Positions 12,931-26,156 of a DNA stretch of 56,257 nt are shown piece by piece. The notes below the pieces were generated by a model. It searched no databases. It was given only the letters and a program-made list of their open reading frames with translations, and had not been told where the DNA came from. Positions within the stretch are counted from its first letter, which is position 1. Each line of letters starts with the position of its first letter. Source of the stretch: Octopus bimaculoides (taxonomy: Eukaryota); contig NC_068988.1 of the NCBI RefSeq assembly GCF_001194135.2, forward strand, positions 92,822,002-92,878,258, in the 5' to 3' direction. The position numbers and the translations under genes were made by a program.

Positions 12931-13607
12931 GGATCTATTTTAAAACGGGGGCCACATTTTTCATTAATGTTTTACGTAGTGTTTTTGGTACGGAAAGACT
13001 TTCAAACTTCGTATACTTATCTATTTTGTGTTATAGAACAGAAAAATATTTTTGTATTCGAATTTATTTCATGTAAAAAATTGTCTTATTTCGATAATTT
13101 CAACCAATCACTGACAAGTATTCAGTTGTTTACATTTACTCCTTTGGCTCGTTAAGCGTATTTAATCTCCATACCTTCGTTTTGTTTGCTTTTTTCATTT
13201 TAAATTTGCGTTAACCCTAACCCTAACCCTAACCATAACCATAACCCTAGGGTTAGGGTTAGGGTTAGGGTTAGGGTTAGGGTTAGGGTTAGGGTTAGGG
13301 TTAATTGTTTCAGAATCGTTTGTTTATGTAGTCGGCACTTAATGTATATCGGCTGAATGGACGTCAGTGATTGGTTGAAATTACAGAAATACGACAACTT
13401 TAACATGGAATAACTTATGGATTTNNNNNNNNNNATTGGTTGAAATTACAGAAATACGACAACTTTAACATGGAATAACTTATGGATTTCTTTTTTTTTT
13501 AAGAAGACTAAGAGAAAAAGATGTTTTATAGGACACATTCTACCAGTGTTCCAAGTTTCAAAGTGTTTCGTTAATGAAAAATGTGGCCCCCGTTTTAAAA
13601 AAGATCC
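12931..13607. mobile_element. MITE with GG-starting TIRs and 8-bp TSD (Merlin-like)
   Basis: Left TIR GGATCTATTTTAAAACGGGGGCCACATTTTTCATTAA matches the reverse complement of the right end (...TTAATGAAAAATGTGGCCCCCGTTTTAAAAAAGATCC). GAAAAGCA is duplicated at 12923-12930 and 13608-13615. Confidence 0.85.
13211..13303. repeat. Inverted telomeric array (CCCTAA/CCATAA)n-(TTAGGG)8
   Basis: Palindrome axis AACCCT|AGGGTT at 13248/13249. Confidence 0.95.
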
Positions 13608-13649
13608 GAAAAGCAAAAGTAGTAGTGTTAGTAGTATTAATATTAGCAA

Positions 13650-13682
<33 letters not shown>

Positions 13683-14462
13683 CGGTCGAAAAAGGAGAAG
13701 AAAAAGAAGAGGAGGAATAAGAAGGAGGAGGGGAATAGCATGACAAAAATAACAGTAATAATAATAATAATAATGAGAAGAAGAAAAAGAAGAAGAAGAA
13801 GAAATGATATAATAATACTGAAACGTTATCAAAATTTAGCATGAATAATGTCAATTGTAGGTCATTTGACTTCGAATCCAAGGTTATTATTATTTTTTTA
13901 ATCATTGAATACGTATATATTAGCTCAGTTGTTAGATTGTATGTCATTACATTGTGGACAACTAAACTGGTAAGTTGGTTTCTTTCAATATTATTTTCTC
14001 ATAGCTTGTACGATACAAGAAATTCTTTCAAGTGAATTTTTCAGAGTTGTGGTCTAAGTGCGCGTGTATGTTTAATGTAGTTGATTGGCAAGTATTTAAG
14101 ATACAACTTCACCAACTTAATTGAAAGCAGCACTTAATTGATACTTATTTTATCGTCACCGGAAGAAGAGAAGATATAATCAACTTCCGACTGTTTCTGT
14201 TATACAACTGCCGCAAATTTACATCTTCACCGGTTCACTGTATATTTAGCAGTGGCGAGGATGTTAAAGAAATGTGCAAAACTTCCTGAAAAGGAATTCG
14301 TTCCGGCAAACAACTTTGATCCTATTGGTTACAAAACATGCCATTTATTACAGCTTCAACTTGATTGCTATCGCGTGAGGGGAATTCAGAAGGGGAAAAG
14401 CTGTGTAGAGGTCCGTTATGTATGTATATGTATGTATGTATGTATGTATGCATATATGTATG

Positions 14463-14505
<43 letters not shown>

Positions 14506-14755
14506 NNNNNNNNNNNNNNNNNNNNNNNNNNNNNNNNNNNNNNNNNNNNNNNNNNNNNNNNNNNNNNNNNNNNNNNNNNNNNNNNNNNNNNNNNNNNNNN
14601 NNNNNNNNNNNNNNNNNNNNNNNNNNNNNNNNNNNNNNNNNNNNNNNNNNNNNNNNNNNNNNNNNNNNNNNNNNNNNNNNNNNNNNNNNNNNNNNNNNNN
14701 NNNNNNNNNNNNNNNNNNNNNNNNNNNNNNNNNNNNNNNNNNNNNNNNNNNNNNN

Positions 14756-14824
<69 letters not shown>

Positions 14825-14829
14825 GTGTG

Positions 14830-15021
14830 GTGCTGGAAAGCTCCTCGCTTTAAGGGTTTCGCGAAAGGCCTGGCTGAGTTCTTTTACAAAGCCTAGAAAA
14901 ACTGAGAGACCACCGCAATAAGTGTGTGAATCTGAGAGGGGAATATATTGAATGAAATCATAACTGATTCTCCTGTATTTTCTTTTATCCAAAGCCAGGA
15001 ACTTTTCAGTCCCGCCTTCTA
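14830..15021 (+). mobile_element. Mariner 3' end with right TIR
   Basis: Encodes EFFYKA.EKL...KCVNLRGEYIE*, followed by aagccaggaacttttcagtcccgccttcTA. Confidence 0.65.
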
Positions 15022-15592
15022 CACACAAGCACAAGCGCGCGCACGCACACACTGAGCTTCACTACTTGTGGATGCATGCGTAACTGGAAGAATAAATCCG
15101 TATATGCTTTAATAAGTACATGAGTGTCTGAACGCACTATTAATACACAGATGTGCCCTCGACGCAACCATGGTGTCTTTGTTCCGAAAATAGCTCGATT
15201 CTATTAGATCCTGAAAATAATATATATAATATATGGTACACACACACATACACACACATATATGTAAAAAAAAGTTCTCATTAAAACCAGGAAAACCACA
15301 ATTTAAGTTAAAAGTTCTCAATAACATAAAAGTAAATTGTAAAAACGTGTGTGTCTGTATGTATGTATGCATGTATGTACATACATATATATATATATGT
15401 GTGTGTATGTGTGTGTGTGTGCGCGTGTAGTAATGATAATAATAATGATAATAATAATCTTTTCTACTGAAAGCACGAGTTTCATTGGTCCTTAATTTAT
15501 CGACCCCGCAAGGATGAAAGGCAAAGTCGACCTCGGCGGAATAATAATAATGATGATGATGATGATAATAATAATAATAACAATGAAAATAA

Positions 15593-16052
15593 AATGTCCT
15601 AGAAAGTACGTAACATAAGAGTTTGTGAAACTTGAGCATACAGATTGACAGAGGACTAGAAGCCAGAAGGCCTGATTTAGTAGTTGTAGGTAAAGAGAAT
15701 AGAAGGTGGCAGATAATTGAATTTGCAGTCCTAAGTGATGAGAAAGTCAATATGAGAGGCACAGAGGAAATAGCAAAGTACCAGGACCTAGCCACTGGAT
15801 TACAGAGACTATGAAAAGTACGGGTAAAATGTATCCCAGTAGTTATAGGTGCATTAAGAACTATCCCTAAAGATTTGAACAGATGGATAGAAGAAACAGG
15901 CATAAAACCTAGTTCAGTACAGCTGCAGAAAATAGTGTTATTAGGAATAACTGGAATACTTGGGAGAGTTTTTGACTTCTAAGGTTACTTGTTGTAGACC
16001 GATGTTAGGGATCTTTCTTTTCCGAAAGTCTAATCTGTTGTGCGTATATGAA
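15593..16052 (+). mobile_element. R4/Dong LINE 3' fragment
   Basis: ARRPDLVVV..WQIIEFAV..KYQDLATGLQRL. Clearly homologous to 5780-6219, including the 3' UTR taaggttacttgttgta...atctgttgtg. Confidence 0.8.
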
Positions 16053-16089
16053 ATAACAACAACGACGACAACAACAACAATAATAGTGT

Positions 16090-17890
16090 CAGGTAAAAAA
16101 CGAAACAATACGAATACCAACAAAGAACAAATAATTTTCAGTGAAATAGACTCTTCAGGAACGACGAAGGAAAATTCTAAAATTGTGTAAACAACTGAAC
16201 AAGGAAGAAGAGCATCAGAAGAAGAGCATCAGAAGAAGAGCATTTGCTGAAACGGCAAGGACGTTCTGAGGAGAAATCTGGAGCAAAAGAAGTCTAACAT
16301 AAAATAACCGGAGACTGGTTGCGCGAATTTGAAAGAGAAACAATAACATAACAATTACAAACAAAGAAGTGAAATAGGTGATAAAGAAAATACCAAACTG
16401 TAAAATCCCCTGACCAGATAGTGTTCAGTGATTCTGGCTAAAAAAAATCTTCCACGAGTAAACAACCATATATAACTGTTTTTACTGCATAGAAAATGGA
16501 ATGCGAAACATGAATGATAAAAGGAAGGATAGTGCTGATACAGGACAAAAAAAAGAAGAGGAAATCAGTAATTATAGACCTGTTGTATGTTTACCATCAA
16601 ACTGGATGTTATTAAATGGCCTCATAGCAGATGAAGTAAACAATTTTCTGGAAAGGGAGAATTTATTGCCGGAGGAGCAAAAAGAATTCAGAAAGAAGTC
16701 AAAGGAGACTGTCAATCTGCTGCATATAAATAGTAAGATATTAAATGAGGTACACATAAGAAAGGAAGATGTAGCTCTTGGCCGGATTGATTACAGGAAG
16801 GCTTACAACAGCGTTACACACTGCTGGATCTCTGAGTACTTGAAGACGTTCAGAGTCAATGAGAAGATAAATAGCAATAGGAGTGTGGGAATAGAACTGA
16901 TATGTGCAAATGAGTCGCCGAGAAACGTGAAATCACGTAGGAGCATTTTCCTGTGAGACTCCTTCTTTCCGCTACCCTTCGTCATTGTGTTAATCGCTGT
17001 GACAAGTATACTGAAAAAATACAGGCCTACCTATGGGTTTACTAAGGTGAAGATAAATCACTTACTTTACTTACATGGATGACCTCAAAGTATATGCAAA
17101 AACGAAAAAGAACCGAATTGTCTGATTCAAACAGTAAGTGTATTCAGCTAGGATATTGGAATGCAGCATGGAGTAAATAAGTGTGCAGTGCTGATTATGA
17201 TGAGAGGGTGGAAGATAATCTCTGATGGCGTAATACTTACCACAAGACAGCATTATTAGTTCACTGTGGAATAATGTGGGCTAAAGATGCTTTGGAGTAT
17301 TTCAAGGCGATAAAATAATGGAAGGAGAAATAATAAAGAAAACTTCTAAAGAATACAAGAGGGGAAATAGGAAGATGATCGAAACAAAATTAAATAGAGG
17401 GAATATTATTAAAGTAAAAAATACACGCGCTTGCCGGTATTGAGATACTTTGCTCCCTTTCTGAAATGGATAAAAGCCGTGCTACAGAACTTGGATTGAG
17501 AACTAAAATGCTGCTCACAATGCAAAACATACACCACCCTACAAATTATACCGATAGACTCTACCTACCAAGAAAAAAAAAAAAAAAGGAAGGAGACAGA
17601 GGATTGCTAGAGGTAGAAGTCAAGGTTAATACCACAATATTGGGGTTGAAAAATTATGTTGTGCGAAGTAAAGAAAGAATACTAATGGCAGCTAGAGATG
17701 CCCCCAAATTTACTGAAACATTAGGAAAATTCAAAGAGAGGAGGAAGCACAATAGAATCTCTTGGGACTTTTCCATAAAGACGGAACATACTACTGAAGC
17801 AAGGAAACCAGAAATGAACCCAGAGGAGAAAATAAACAAACACCATGAGATCATAGACTTTGCAATGCCATATACAATAAGGAGCATTAG
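16090..17890 (+). mobile_element. R4/Dong LINE internal fragment (RT domain, decayed, internally deleted)
   Basis: NYRPVVCLP, LPEEQKEFRK, IDYRKAYNSVTHCWI, YMDDLKVYAK, IIDFAMPY. Confidence 0.8.
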
Positions 17891-18074
17891 CTGGAAATCC
17901 TTATTGGTAGCATTGCGAACGACTAAAATCATGAAGGTGGTAGTTCAGTACCGCTGCAGTCGGATGACTAAAACCAATAACAAAATAAAAGCAAATGTGT
18001 ATACATACACACATACACACACACAGACAAGCGCATACACACACACACACACACATACACAATGTGAGTGGAAT

Positions 18075-18290
18075 GTATAAGGATAAAATTATGCAGGCAG
18101 GTATCGAGGTAGCTTTCAGATATATTTCAGATTACCGCTAACCTCATCAAGTTACAATAAGTGTCAATAGTCGCTTGGTGTTAGCAACTTCGCTGTAATT
18201 CATCTGACGAGTAACTCCAGGTATGCTTCCCTGGATTATGAATACTATCAAGAATGTAGATTTCAAGCAATTATAAAGAATACGGAGACT
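18075..18290 (+). repeat. Interspersed repeat with degenerate hammerhead-like core; homologue at ~32715-32930
   Basis: Aligns from tgtata(a/g)ggataaaattat to agcaattataaa. Contains CTGACGA-gtaactccagg..cctggattat-GAATAC. Confidence 0.6.
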
Positions 18291-18829
18291 GGTGCATCAT
18301 CAATTTTTTTCTTTTAATTTTATAGTTGGTCATACAGCATAATTATTTGGTTACAATGATCGACACGTTTTTCTGCTGCACATATCATGATGTGCAGTTG
18401 CACATACAACTCAGCAAATTCTTCTGTGCACCTTCATTTAGGGTCTTCAACAAACGTGGTTCGAAGCGAACTGAGTTAATTTCTTTATTTGTGGCTAGTT
18501 TAAGATACCAAAGAAAGTGATAGGAGGTTGAAATCTGATATGGCTATAAAATTTATTCTTAGGATGACCTATAAAGTTTATTTTTTAGAGTGACCTCAAT
18601 TTAACAGCAGCGCAGTGCAGAAATTTGGAGTTTAATCTATGTTGAATTAGGTCAAAGCATATTTGCACATTTTAACAGGCTTTTTACCAGTGTGAAAGGA
18701 GATTGAATAGAACTAATGTTTAACAGCTACATCGACGGAGTTCTGTCAATACATTTAGCGATTGTGCACTTTCTACTCAAATATTAGGTCATTAATAAGT
18801 TTCTATACGTGTATATGCTGCTATGATTT

Positions 18830-18832
<3 letters not shown>

Positions 18833-18921
<89 letters not shown>
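18833..18921. repeat. (AG)n microsatellite
   Basis: Directly visible. Confidence 0.95.
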
Positions 18922-18925
<4 letters not shown>

Positions 18926-20453
18926 AGGAAGATATTCCAGCTAGTGATATTCATGATATTTTGTTGATAATGTCTCGACATATATCTCCATTCCGCATTT
19001 CCCCCTTGTGTATAGGATATCAGTTTACCCGGTACCAGCATGAAAATGCTGAAAGATTTTTCCCTGCATGTGTAAACATCTCAAGGCCTGTTCTAGCCTG
19101 TTGTTAAGCAATTGGTATTTCGATGTAAAAATCTGGTACATTTCTTCTGTGCACAAATCACATAACTTTTCCCCTGTTCTGTATAGTGTACCTGTACTAA
19201 TTTTATCCTATTCTAACTTGCGTTTGTCTTAAGCTACCAGACGAACTTGCTCAAGCTTGTCCTGTTCATCTTATTTCTATCCTTAAACGACTTATGTGTT
19301 TGCCAGTCTCGATTTAAAGCTGTCGAGATCCCACTACCTATAGAGATGTAAGAATTTTCCTCCGATGTAATCTTACATCGATATATTAAGTTCTTCCTCA
19401 AACTTTGTGTATCTAAAGGACAGATTTTATTTTTCCATAATTACAAATATGTACATCTTTTTTATTTTTATCTATATTAGTGGCGCTCGTATTAGATATA
19501 CTCCCGGTTTGTATATCTATCGGTCTACTATCATTTATATTCTGGCTACTGTCGAGGGTATCCATACTGATATTTCTCGGCCCGGGCCTGTCGGGATAGA
19601 GGTTGTGGCAGTTGCATCCCCTGCGCTACTTCTCGGTTCTCTGCTGTTACCTTCCCCACTACTAATAATAGACTAGACCAAACCTTGTGATGTTTACATA
19701 TGCATGGAAAACCTTTAAGCACACATGTCAATATTAGGTATATGCATACACTTTTGCGTGTTATTAATCTGATTTTGTATAATACAACATTCTGGTTTGG
19801 TATTTTTGACACTCAAGCGAAGATATGACAAAGGAAAATTAATTAAGTCTGACGTGAATGCTTTCTTTCAACTTCGTAAAACCTACAACTTCTTTTTACC
19901 GTGAATAAATTTTACGATCTATAAATCGTAAGCTCCTCTAGTTCTTTTTAAGTATAGGCTTCCAAAATTTACTTTTTTAGCTGTTACATGTTAACGGCAT
20001 TTTTCTCCCTGAAAACAAAACAAAACAAAGAAACAAACAAATTAATTAACTAAAAAACCAACAAACAATTTGAAGTTTTCCACATGTACGCAAGAAGGGA
20101 ATTCTAGATTCTAGAGAAAGAAAAAGAGTCACCTACCTAGCGATTATACTGCAAAGCAAACAGGAGCGTCCGCTTCCATGTTTGTTTGGGGGTTCCACGG
20201 AAAAGTCTTTCAAAAGCCTAGTGGTGGCTTTGACCTAGGCAGACCCTGCCTCATAAGGGAACCTTTCTTTCATTATAAGTTTTTAAGGGAGCCTAACCAT
20301 TCGGAGGTCATAAGGGACTGAGATCTTGATTTGGGTTAAAGGCTCTCCCCCCCACTTTCTATGTCCCCTCCTTCCAGCCATTAGATTTTAATTTTTTTCC
20401 CGACTAGCACAAAGTCTGGTATTATCTTCTTCTGTATTTTTGAGTGCAGTTGT

Positions 20454-20511
20454 GTACTTTATATTTGTTACTGTACTTTATATTTGTTACTGTACTTTGT
20501 ATTTGTTACTG
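20454..20511. repeat. 19-bp minisatellite (GTACTTTATATTTGTTACT) x3, followed by a GGT-rich low-complexity tract to ~20650
   Basis: Directly visible. Confidence 0.85.
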
Positions 20512-21385
20512 CTAGTGGAGATGGTGGTGACGGTAGGTGATGGTGATAGTGGATGGTGTTATGTAGGTGGGTAGATGGTGATAGTTGGTGTTGGTAGTGG
20601 GTGGTGGTGGTGGTTGTGGGTGGTTGTGGGTGGTGGCGGTGATGCTGGTAATGATGTGTTTGCTGTAATCCTTAAAATGTCGAATTGTTATAACGCCCAC
20701 TTCGGCATAACAGTATAGTTGTTAGACCATTAAAGACACAACTATCTAAGAACGTCTCCTTCCTACTCTCCCCTTCTATTGACCGACGCCACCTTATCTA
20801 TAGTGACTAGCATATACCTCTCGTCACGTGGGAGGGGTGTACCATTAGTACTGTTATCGCCACATCTCTCCTTTTAAGTTTTTTTCTTAGGAAGTGTCAT
20901 TTTATTTCTTTTAATGACAATACTTTTAATATCGCCCCACCTCCCTTCTTTCAGTTTTTTTTTCTTAGTTACACATTTAATAATTTTTCCGTTTAGCATC
21001 CACTTCCAGGACGTCCACACATTTTGTTTTCTTACGCGTGTGCACCTGGGTCCAATCACCTGTAATGGCGTCGGTACCTGAAAAGTGTCATATAACCATT
21101 CCATTAGTTCTTCCGTTCTCTTGGGTTCGCTGTCAGCTAATCTTATTTTCAGGTATTTCATGTGTCTCATGTATACGCCTTTTCTACTTTTTACCAAGTA
21201 TAGCATTTTTCCTATGCCATCTTCCTAACTCTGTTTTCCGCTCTTATATGCCCTCACAAATACCTTTTCACAAATTTTGAAAAATTTTGCTGTATTTTCC
21301 CTTGCAATTTTTCTTTTCTTGCCCGGTTGCAATTTGTTGAAGTTTTCAAGCTTTAAAGGAGGCTGACAAATGAAAAATAAGACTA

Positions 21386-21530
<145 letters not shown>

Positions 21531-21631
21531 ATGATCCGTTCTACTAAAGGCATAAGGTTTGAAATTTTAGGGAGGGACAATATATGAACATTGCTAGTAT
21601 TATTACATCTTCCCCTCTTTCCCTCTATCTT

Positions 21632-21689
<58 letters not shown>

Positions 21690-23779
21690 TATATATATAT
21701 ATATATATACTCACACATAATTTATCATACATACTATATTTTACAGCCTATCTGAATGACACAAATGCTTTATCTGTAGTTCAAATTATGTCCTTACTAC
21801 TTCATAGCAGAGGAACGTCCAAATACATACTTTTTATATTGTGAAGACGTCATGCTTCTAAGAACACATCGGAATACGATTTTATCCTACTCTATTATTT
21901 CTTTTTTTCTGTAGTCGAAGCATATCGCATTTGTTTAAGTATTATTGAAGCATTTATTTCGTTTTTATCATTGTGTTATTTTTTTAAAATTACTTCTCCC
22001 CTCCTTAGATACTTGTACAAGTATGTTATCTCATTTCTCCTTTCTGTTTACTGTTTTCTGTTTTCTCTTTGGTAGTTCAGTATCCTTTTCTGTTTGTTTT
22101 CCTGTCTTGTTTTTTGTCCGCCACTACATTCCTCCATGGCAAGGTTTAATTTGTGCATACAAATTTAATTTGCGGTCCATGGGAAGAGCCGTTTTAACGA
22201 TCTACCCAGCTCTTCGAAACGCCGGTGTTAAAGCGGGGGTAGCTGATGAAGGAGAATGTTCTCTGTGTGGCTTGTGTGTTTTCTCGCCTACGTTTTGTTT
22301 GCAATGTCCTGTACCCAGATATGCACCTATACATACAGGTGGATGTCGGTATGCACATACCTGTACGTATATATGCATATACTCATTTACTATTTGTTTA
22401 TANNNNNNNNNNNNNNNNNNNNNNNNNNNNNNNNNNNNNNNNNNNNNNNNNNNNNNNNNNNNNNNNNNNNNNNNNNNNNNNNNNNNNNNNNNNNNNNNNN
22501 NNNNNNNNNNNNNATATATATATATATATATATATATAAATATATAGGGACAAATTCCGTTTGTAAAACTAAAGAAAATGGTTAGATATCTGCGTTACAA
22601 CTTGTTAAGTAACAACTCGAAACATTTACGCACACACGCACACACACATACACGCACACACACATGTAGCATGTATGCACATTAACGATTAATAACGAAA
22701 TATACGCATAAAAATCAGACAAAATGAATGACCAATAGTAAATGTAATCGGGTATAACATCATAGTATATGAAGACAGCACACGCACGAACGGGTAACCT
22801 ACTGCACACACACACAAACACTTACGCATCCACACACACACCGACTCTCTCACACACACACCGACTCTCTCACATACACATACACACATCCACACACACT
22901 CTCACTCACAGTCACACACCCACACAGTCACACACCCACACACAAATCGACTTACACACACACACCCACACCGACACACAAATCGACTCACACACACACA
23001 CACACACACACGTGTGTTTGAAGGTAGAATTTACAGTTTTTATTTTGAAAGTAAAAAAGCGTTTCCCGATCAACCGAAATAGATAAAAATTTACCTATTC
23101 ACAGACCATGTATTCCTTCATTTTGGAGCCAACTTCCTAAGTAGTGGCTCATACAGAGCTATCATAAATATTAACATTTTGGTCACTTTTTATGTGGCTC
23201 AGACAAAGACTCAGTGTTCCCTATTAGAACGCAAATTGATCCGCTAGATTTTTGAAAAATATTAATATTAAACTGAATATCCTCTAAAGTTTACTTAATG
23301 GATTTGTATGCCATTGATACATGTAACGGTCCGGTTCTTTGTTTTATTACGAACCGGCTTTCAAAAATAACTTAACCGAATCGTTACAGCATATTTTGAT
23401 GTTAAAATTCTTTCTTTTGTGACATCTAAACGGCCCTGACTGATACACTTAGAATTCCTATAGAACGAGAGTACCATGCAAATAAATGTCCGCGAAAAGT
23501 TAGTTGCAGAGATAGTTGAAGATGTTTTATTGAAATAAAACTTACAGCAATATAATTGCAAAGAAACATTTGAAAAATGCGCAAGTTTATTGAGTAAAAA
23601 CCCATATTTACAAAACTAATTTGAATAATTGAAGTTTGAAAATACTATAAACAGTCCTTCTATTCTTTAGTCGAGCAAATCGACCTGAGAACTTATTCTT
23701 TGTAAGCCTTGTACTTATTCTATCGGTCTCTTTTGCCGAACCGCTAAGTTACGGGGGCGTAAACACAAGCAAGGTTGTA

Positions 23780-23823
<44 letters not shown>

Positions 23824-23834
23824 TACACACTCGC

Positions 23835-23865
<31 letters not shown>

Positions 23866-24300
23866 CAATACATTAAGTACGATAGACCCCGGTTTCTTCA
23901 AATATGCTATGTTTCATGCGGATGGTATTCTTTGGTATTTTCTCCCAGGACTTAGATATACATATTTCACGATACACATGCAAAAATAAAATTCAGGACA
24001 AATCCTGCTGGAAATGAATTAAAATTTCACCTTGTTTCCGAAAAAATAAATATTAGCTTTATACAATGAGAGGAAGGAGCGAATTTCAATGATTTTCCGT
24101 GCTTCCCATTCGCCAAAATTTGCTCCTATGTAATAAGAAATGTACGTTGCATCCTCATTACGATGATATGACCATAATGAGGAAAATCAAATGTTTTCTT
24201 ACTGACGCTTAAATTTATGATTTGTTTCTGATTGTTTAGAAATTAAGAAAATCATAAATTTTATGGTTGCTTAAAATGGTTCGTATTAATAGTTCCTGTT

Positions 24301-24330
24301 TTCTTTTTTTTTTTTCATGTCTGGTTTTAG
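24301..24330 (+). promoter_or_regulatory. Probable splice acceptor upstream of exon 1 (implies a non-coding 5' exon further upstream)
   Basis: Long T tract followed by ctggttttAG at 24329-24330, 51 nt before the ATG. Confidence 0.5.
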
Positions 24331-24381
24331 AACAACGCCATTTGATAGGAATACGAAACGTGAAGTTTGTGGTTTTTCAAA

Positions 24382-24527
24382 ATGTCAAGTTACCTTCATA
24401 CAAAAGAGAATTCGCAAATTTCGTATGAGACGATCCCTGAAAGATTGCGTAAGAGAGCTGAAGAATATCCAGGCAGAGTGACAATCGTTTGCTACGATGC
24501 AGAATTCCAAAGACACCAAATAACCAT
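24382..24527 (+). CDS. Coding exon 1 of an ANL-family (acyl-CoA synthetase/luciferase-like) gene; 48 codons + 2 nt
   Basis: ATG at 24382 reads MSSYLHTKENSQISYETIPERLRKRAEEYPGRVTIVCYDAEFQRHQIT+AT, then donor GTAAGT at 24528. AT joins the first G of each downstream exon to give in-frame ...QIT-M-KE(V/M)YD, the A1 motif region. The SYxH...TIP..L...AE..P.R pattern is typical of ACSF2-like N-termini. An in-frame TGA lies in the 5' UTR. Confidence 0.9.
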
Positions 24528-24570
24528 GTAAGTATATGCGAAAGTGAATTAAATATTTGAACCCAAAATA

Positions 24571-25453
24571 CAAAGTTTGATCAATAAGTATCCAGACTAT
24601 TGCCATAGTAACAACGGTAAAGCATGCAGAATGAAGCCGCTTGGAAAATTGACCTTGAACTCTGCTGTGCATGCGCACTAAGTTTTAACGTTCTAGTTCA
24701 CCTCCGCTGTTTTCAGCAGTGCTTGGTAGGAAGGTGTGTAGTGTGTAATAGTCGCATTGACCATGACAGAGAAAGCTGCTATGGCGATACCTGCTCAGAG
24801 GTCTACACAAAGTTCCAAAAAGTGTATGGAAAGGAGTGTATGAGCCACACACAAATGTACGAGTGGTTCAGACGTTTCCAAGATGGCCGAAAAATGTCGA
24901 TATTGACGAACGTTCTGGGAAACCAGCAGAACTGAGAAAAATATCGCAAATGTGCGTGAAGCTCTGAGGGGAAATCGTCGAATTACCATTCGTGAGTTAA
25001 CGGAGAATGTATAGATTAGTTACGGTTCAGTTTAGTCCGTTATCACTGAAGATTTGGGTATGAGATGCGTGTCTCCCAAGTTTGTGCCAAGACTGTTTTC
25101 AGCAGACCAAAAAGACAATCGGGTTTCAGTTGCACAAGATCTCTTTGACTGTGTCGAGAACGATGAAAACTTTTTCAAAACTTTGCGTAGGCCTTTGAGC
25201 AGGTTTCACCAAGCTCTTGGCAAAACTTGATGCCGATTCTCTGCTCAACTTTCTCTATCATGGTCAATGCGACGATCACACACTACACCTTCCTTCCAGG
25301 CACTGTTGTAAACAGCAGAACTGAGCTAGAATGTTAAAACTTAGTGTACCTACAGAGCAGAGTCCAAGGTCAATCTGTGCCAAGTAGCTTTACTCTGCGT
25401 TTTTTAGCTTCATTACTATGGCAATGGTTTGGATACTTATTGATCAGACAATG
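24571..25453 (+). mobile_element. Non-autonomous mariner with ~230-250-bp inverted arms, inside intron 1 of the ANL gene
   Basis: TA on both sides (24569-70, 25454-55) and TIR ca..gt.tgatcaataagtatcca. Decayed transposase N-terminus (QMYEWFRRFQDGR..RITIREL..KFVPRLFSADQK), then an inverted copy of the 5' end. Confidence 0.85.
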
Positions 25454-26156
25454 TATGACAGAACAGGTGACGTGCAACGTTCATTGTACCTGTGTTTGTA
25501 TGCCAATATATTTTCTTGTGTGTAGAAGCATAAACATCCATACTCGAGTGACGTATTCTCCTCTGTCACTCATCTTAAATGTTTGGTGTACTTAAGCTAT
25601 GGTCTATCAGAAACTGAAATCGATATACATCGTTTATATAGGAGGCTTACTGGTAGAGTAGTTGAAGCATCGGAAACAATGCCACGTGGTATTTGTTGCT
25701 ACTTTCTGTTTCTGAATTCAAATCCGATTGAGTTGATTGTCATCCTTCCAAGATTAATAAAAAGTTTCAGTCTCTGGTAGAAGACTGGTAGAATTGGGAA
25801 AATGTTGGCTCAGATATCTTGCAAGATTTGTTCTGTAAATATATTTTCGCGTTCCAGATTCGTATCTCGAAACACTCTACTTGGCCGTAGATTTAATCCT
25901 GCAACTGGTGTCACCATCTGGCATCTTAGATGTCTGTAGCAGAGTCCGCTCTTGTGCATACATTGGGGGAAGTCTCCGGATTGAGGATATCTGCATCAAT
26001 TTCTGGGTAGTTTTGCTTGTTAGTTCAGTCAATTATCAACAAAATGCTCTGCGTTCTTTCAAGGGAATATAGAAATATTAAATATATATAATCTACTCTA
26101 TTATGAAACTATGTATTTAGTAGCATATATGTTAAATATGCTGCTTTTCTTTACAG

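Noticed and set aside
13211-13303. Ancient telomere-telomere fusion site
   Set aside because: Fusions give (TTAGGG)n(CCCTAA)n; this is the opposite order and lies inside a TIR/TSD-bounded element.
13370-13490. ~55-bp tandem duplications flanking 10-N gaps (also 1847-1995 and 47545-47630)
   Set aside because: Identical sequence on both sides of a minimal gap is typical of unmerged contig overlaps, so probably an assembly artefact.
18075-18290. Homology with 32715-32930 as a relic of whole-gene duplication
   Set aside because: It contains a decayed hammerhead-type core, so an interspersed repeat is more likely, and neighbouring sequence does not align.
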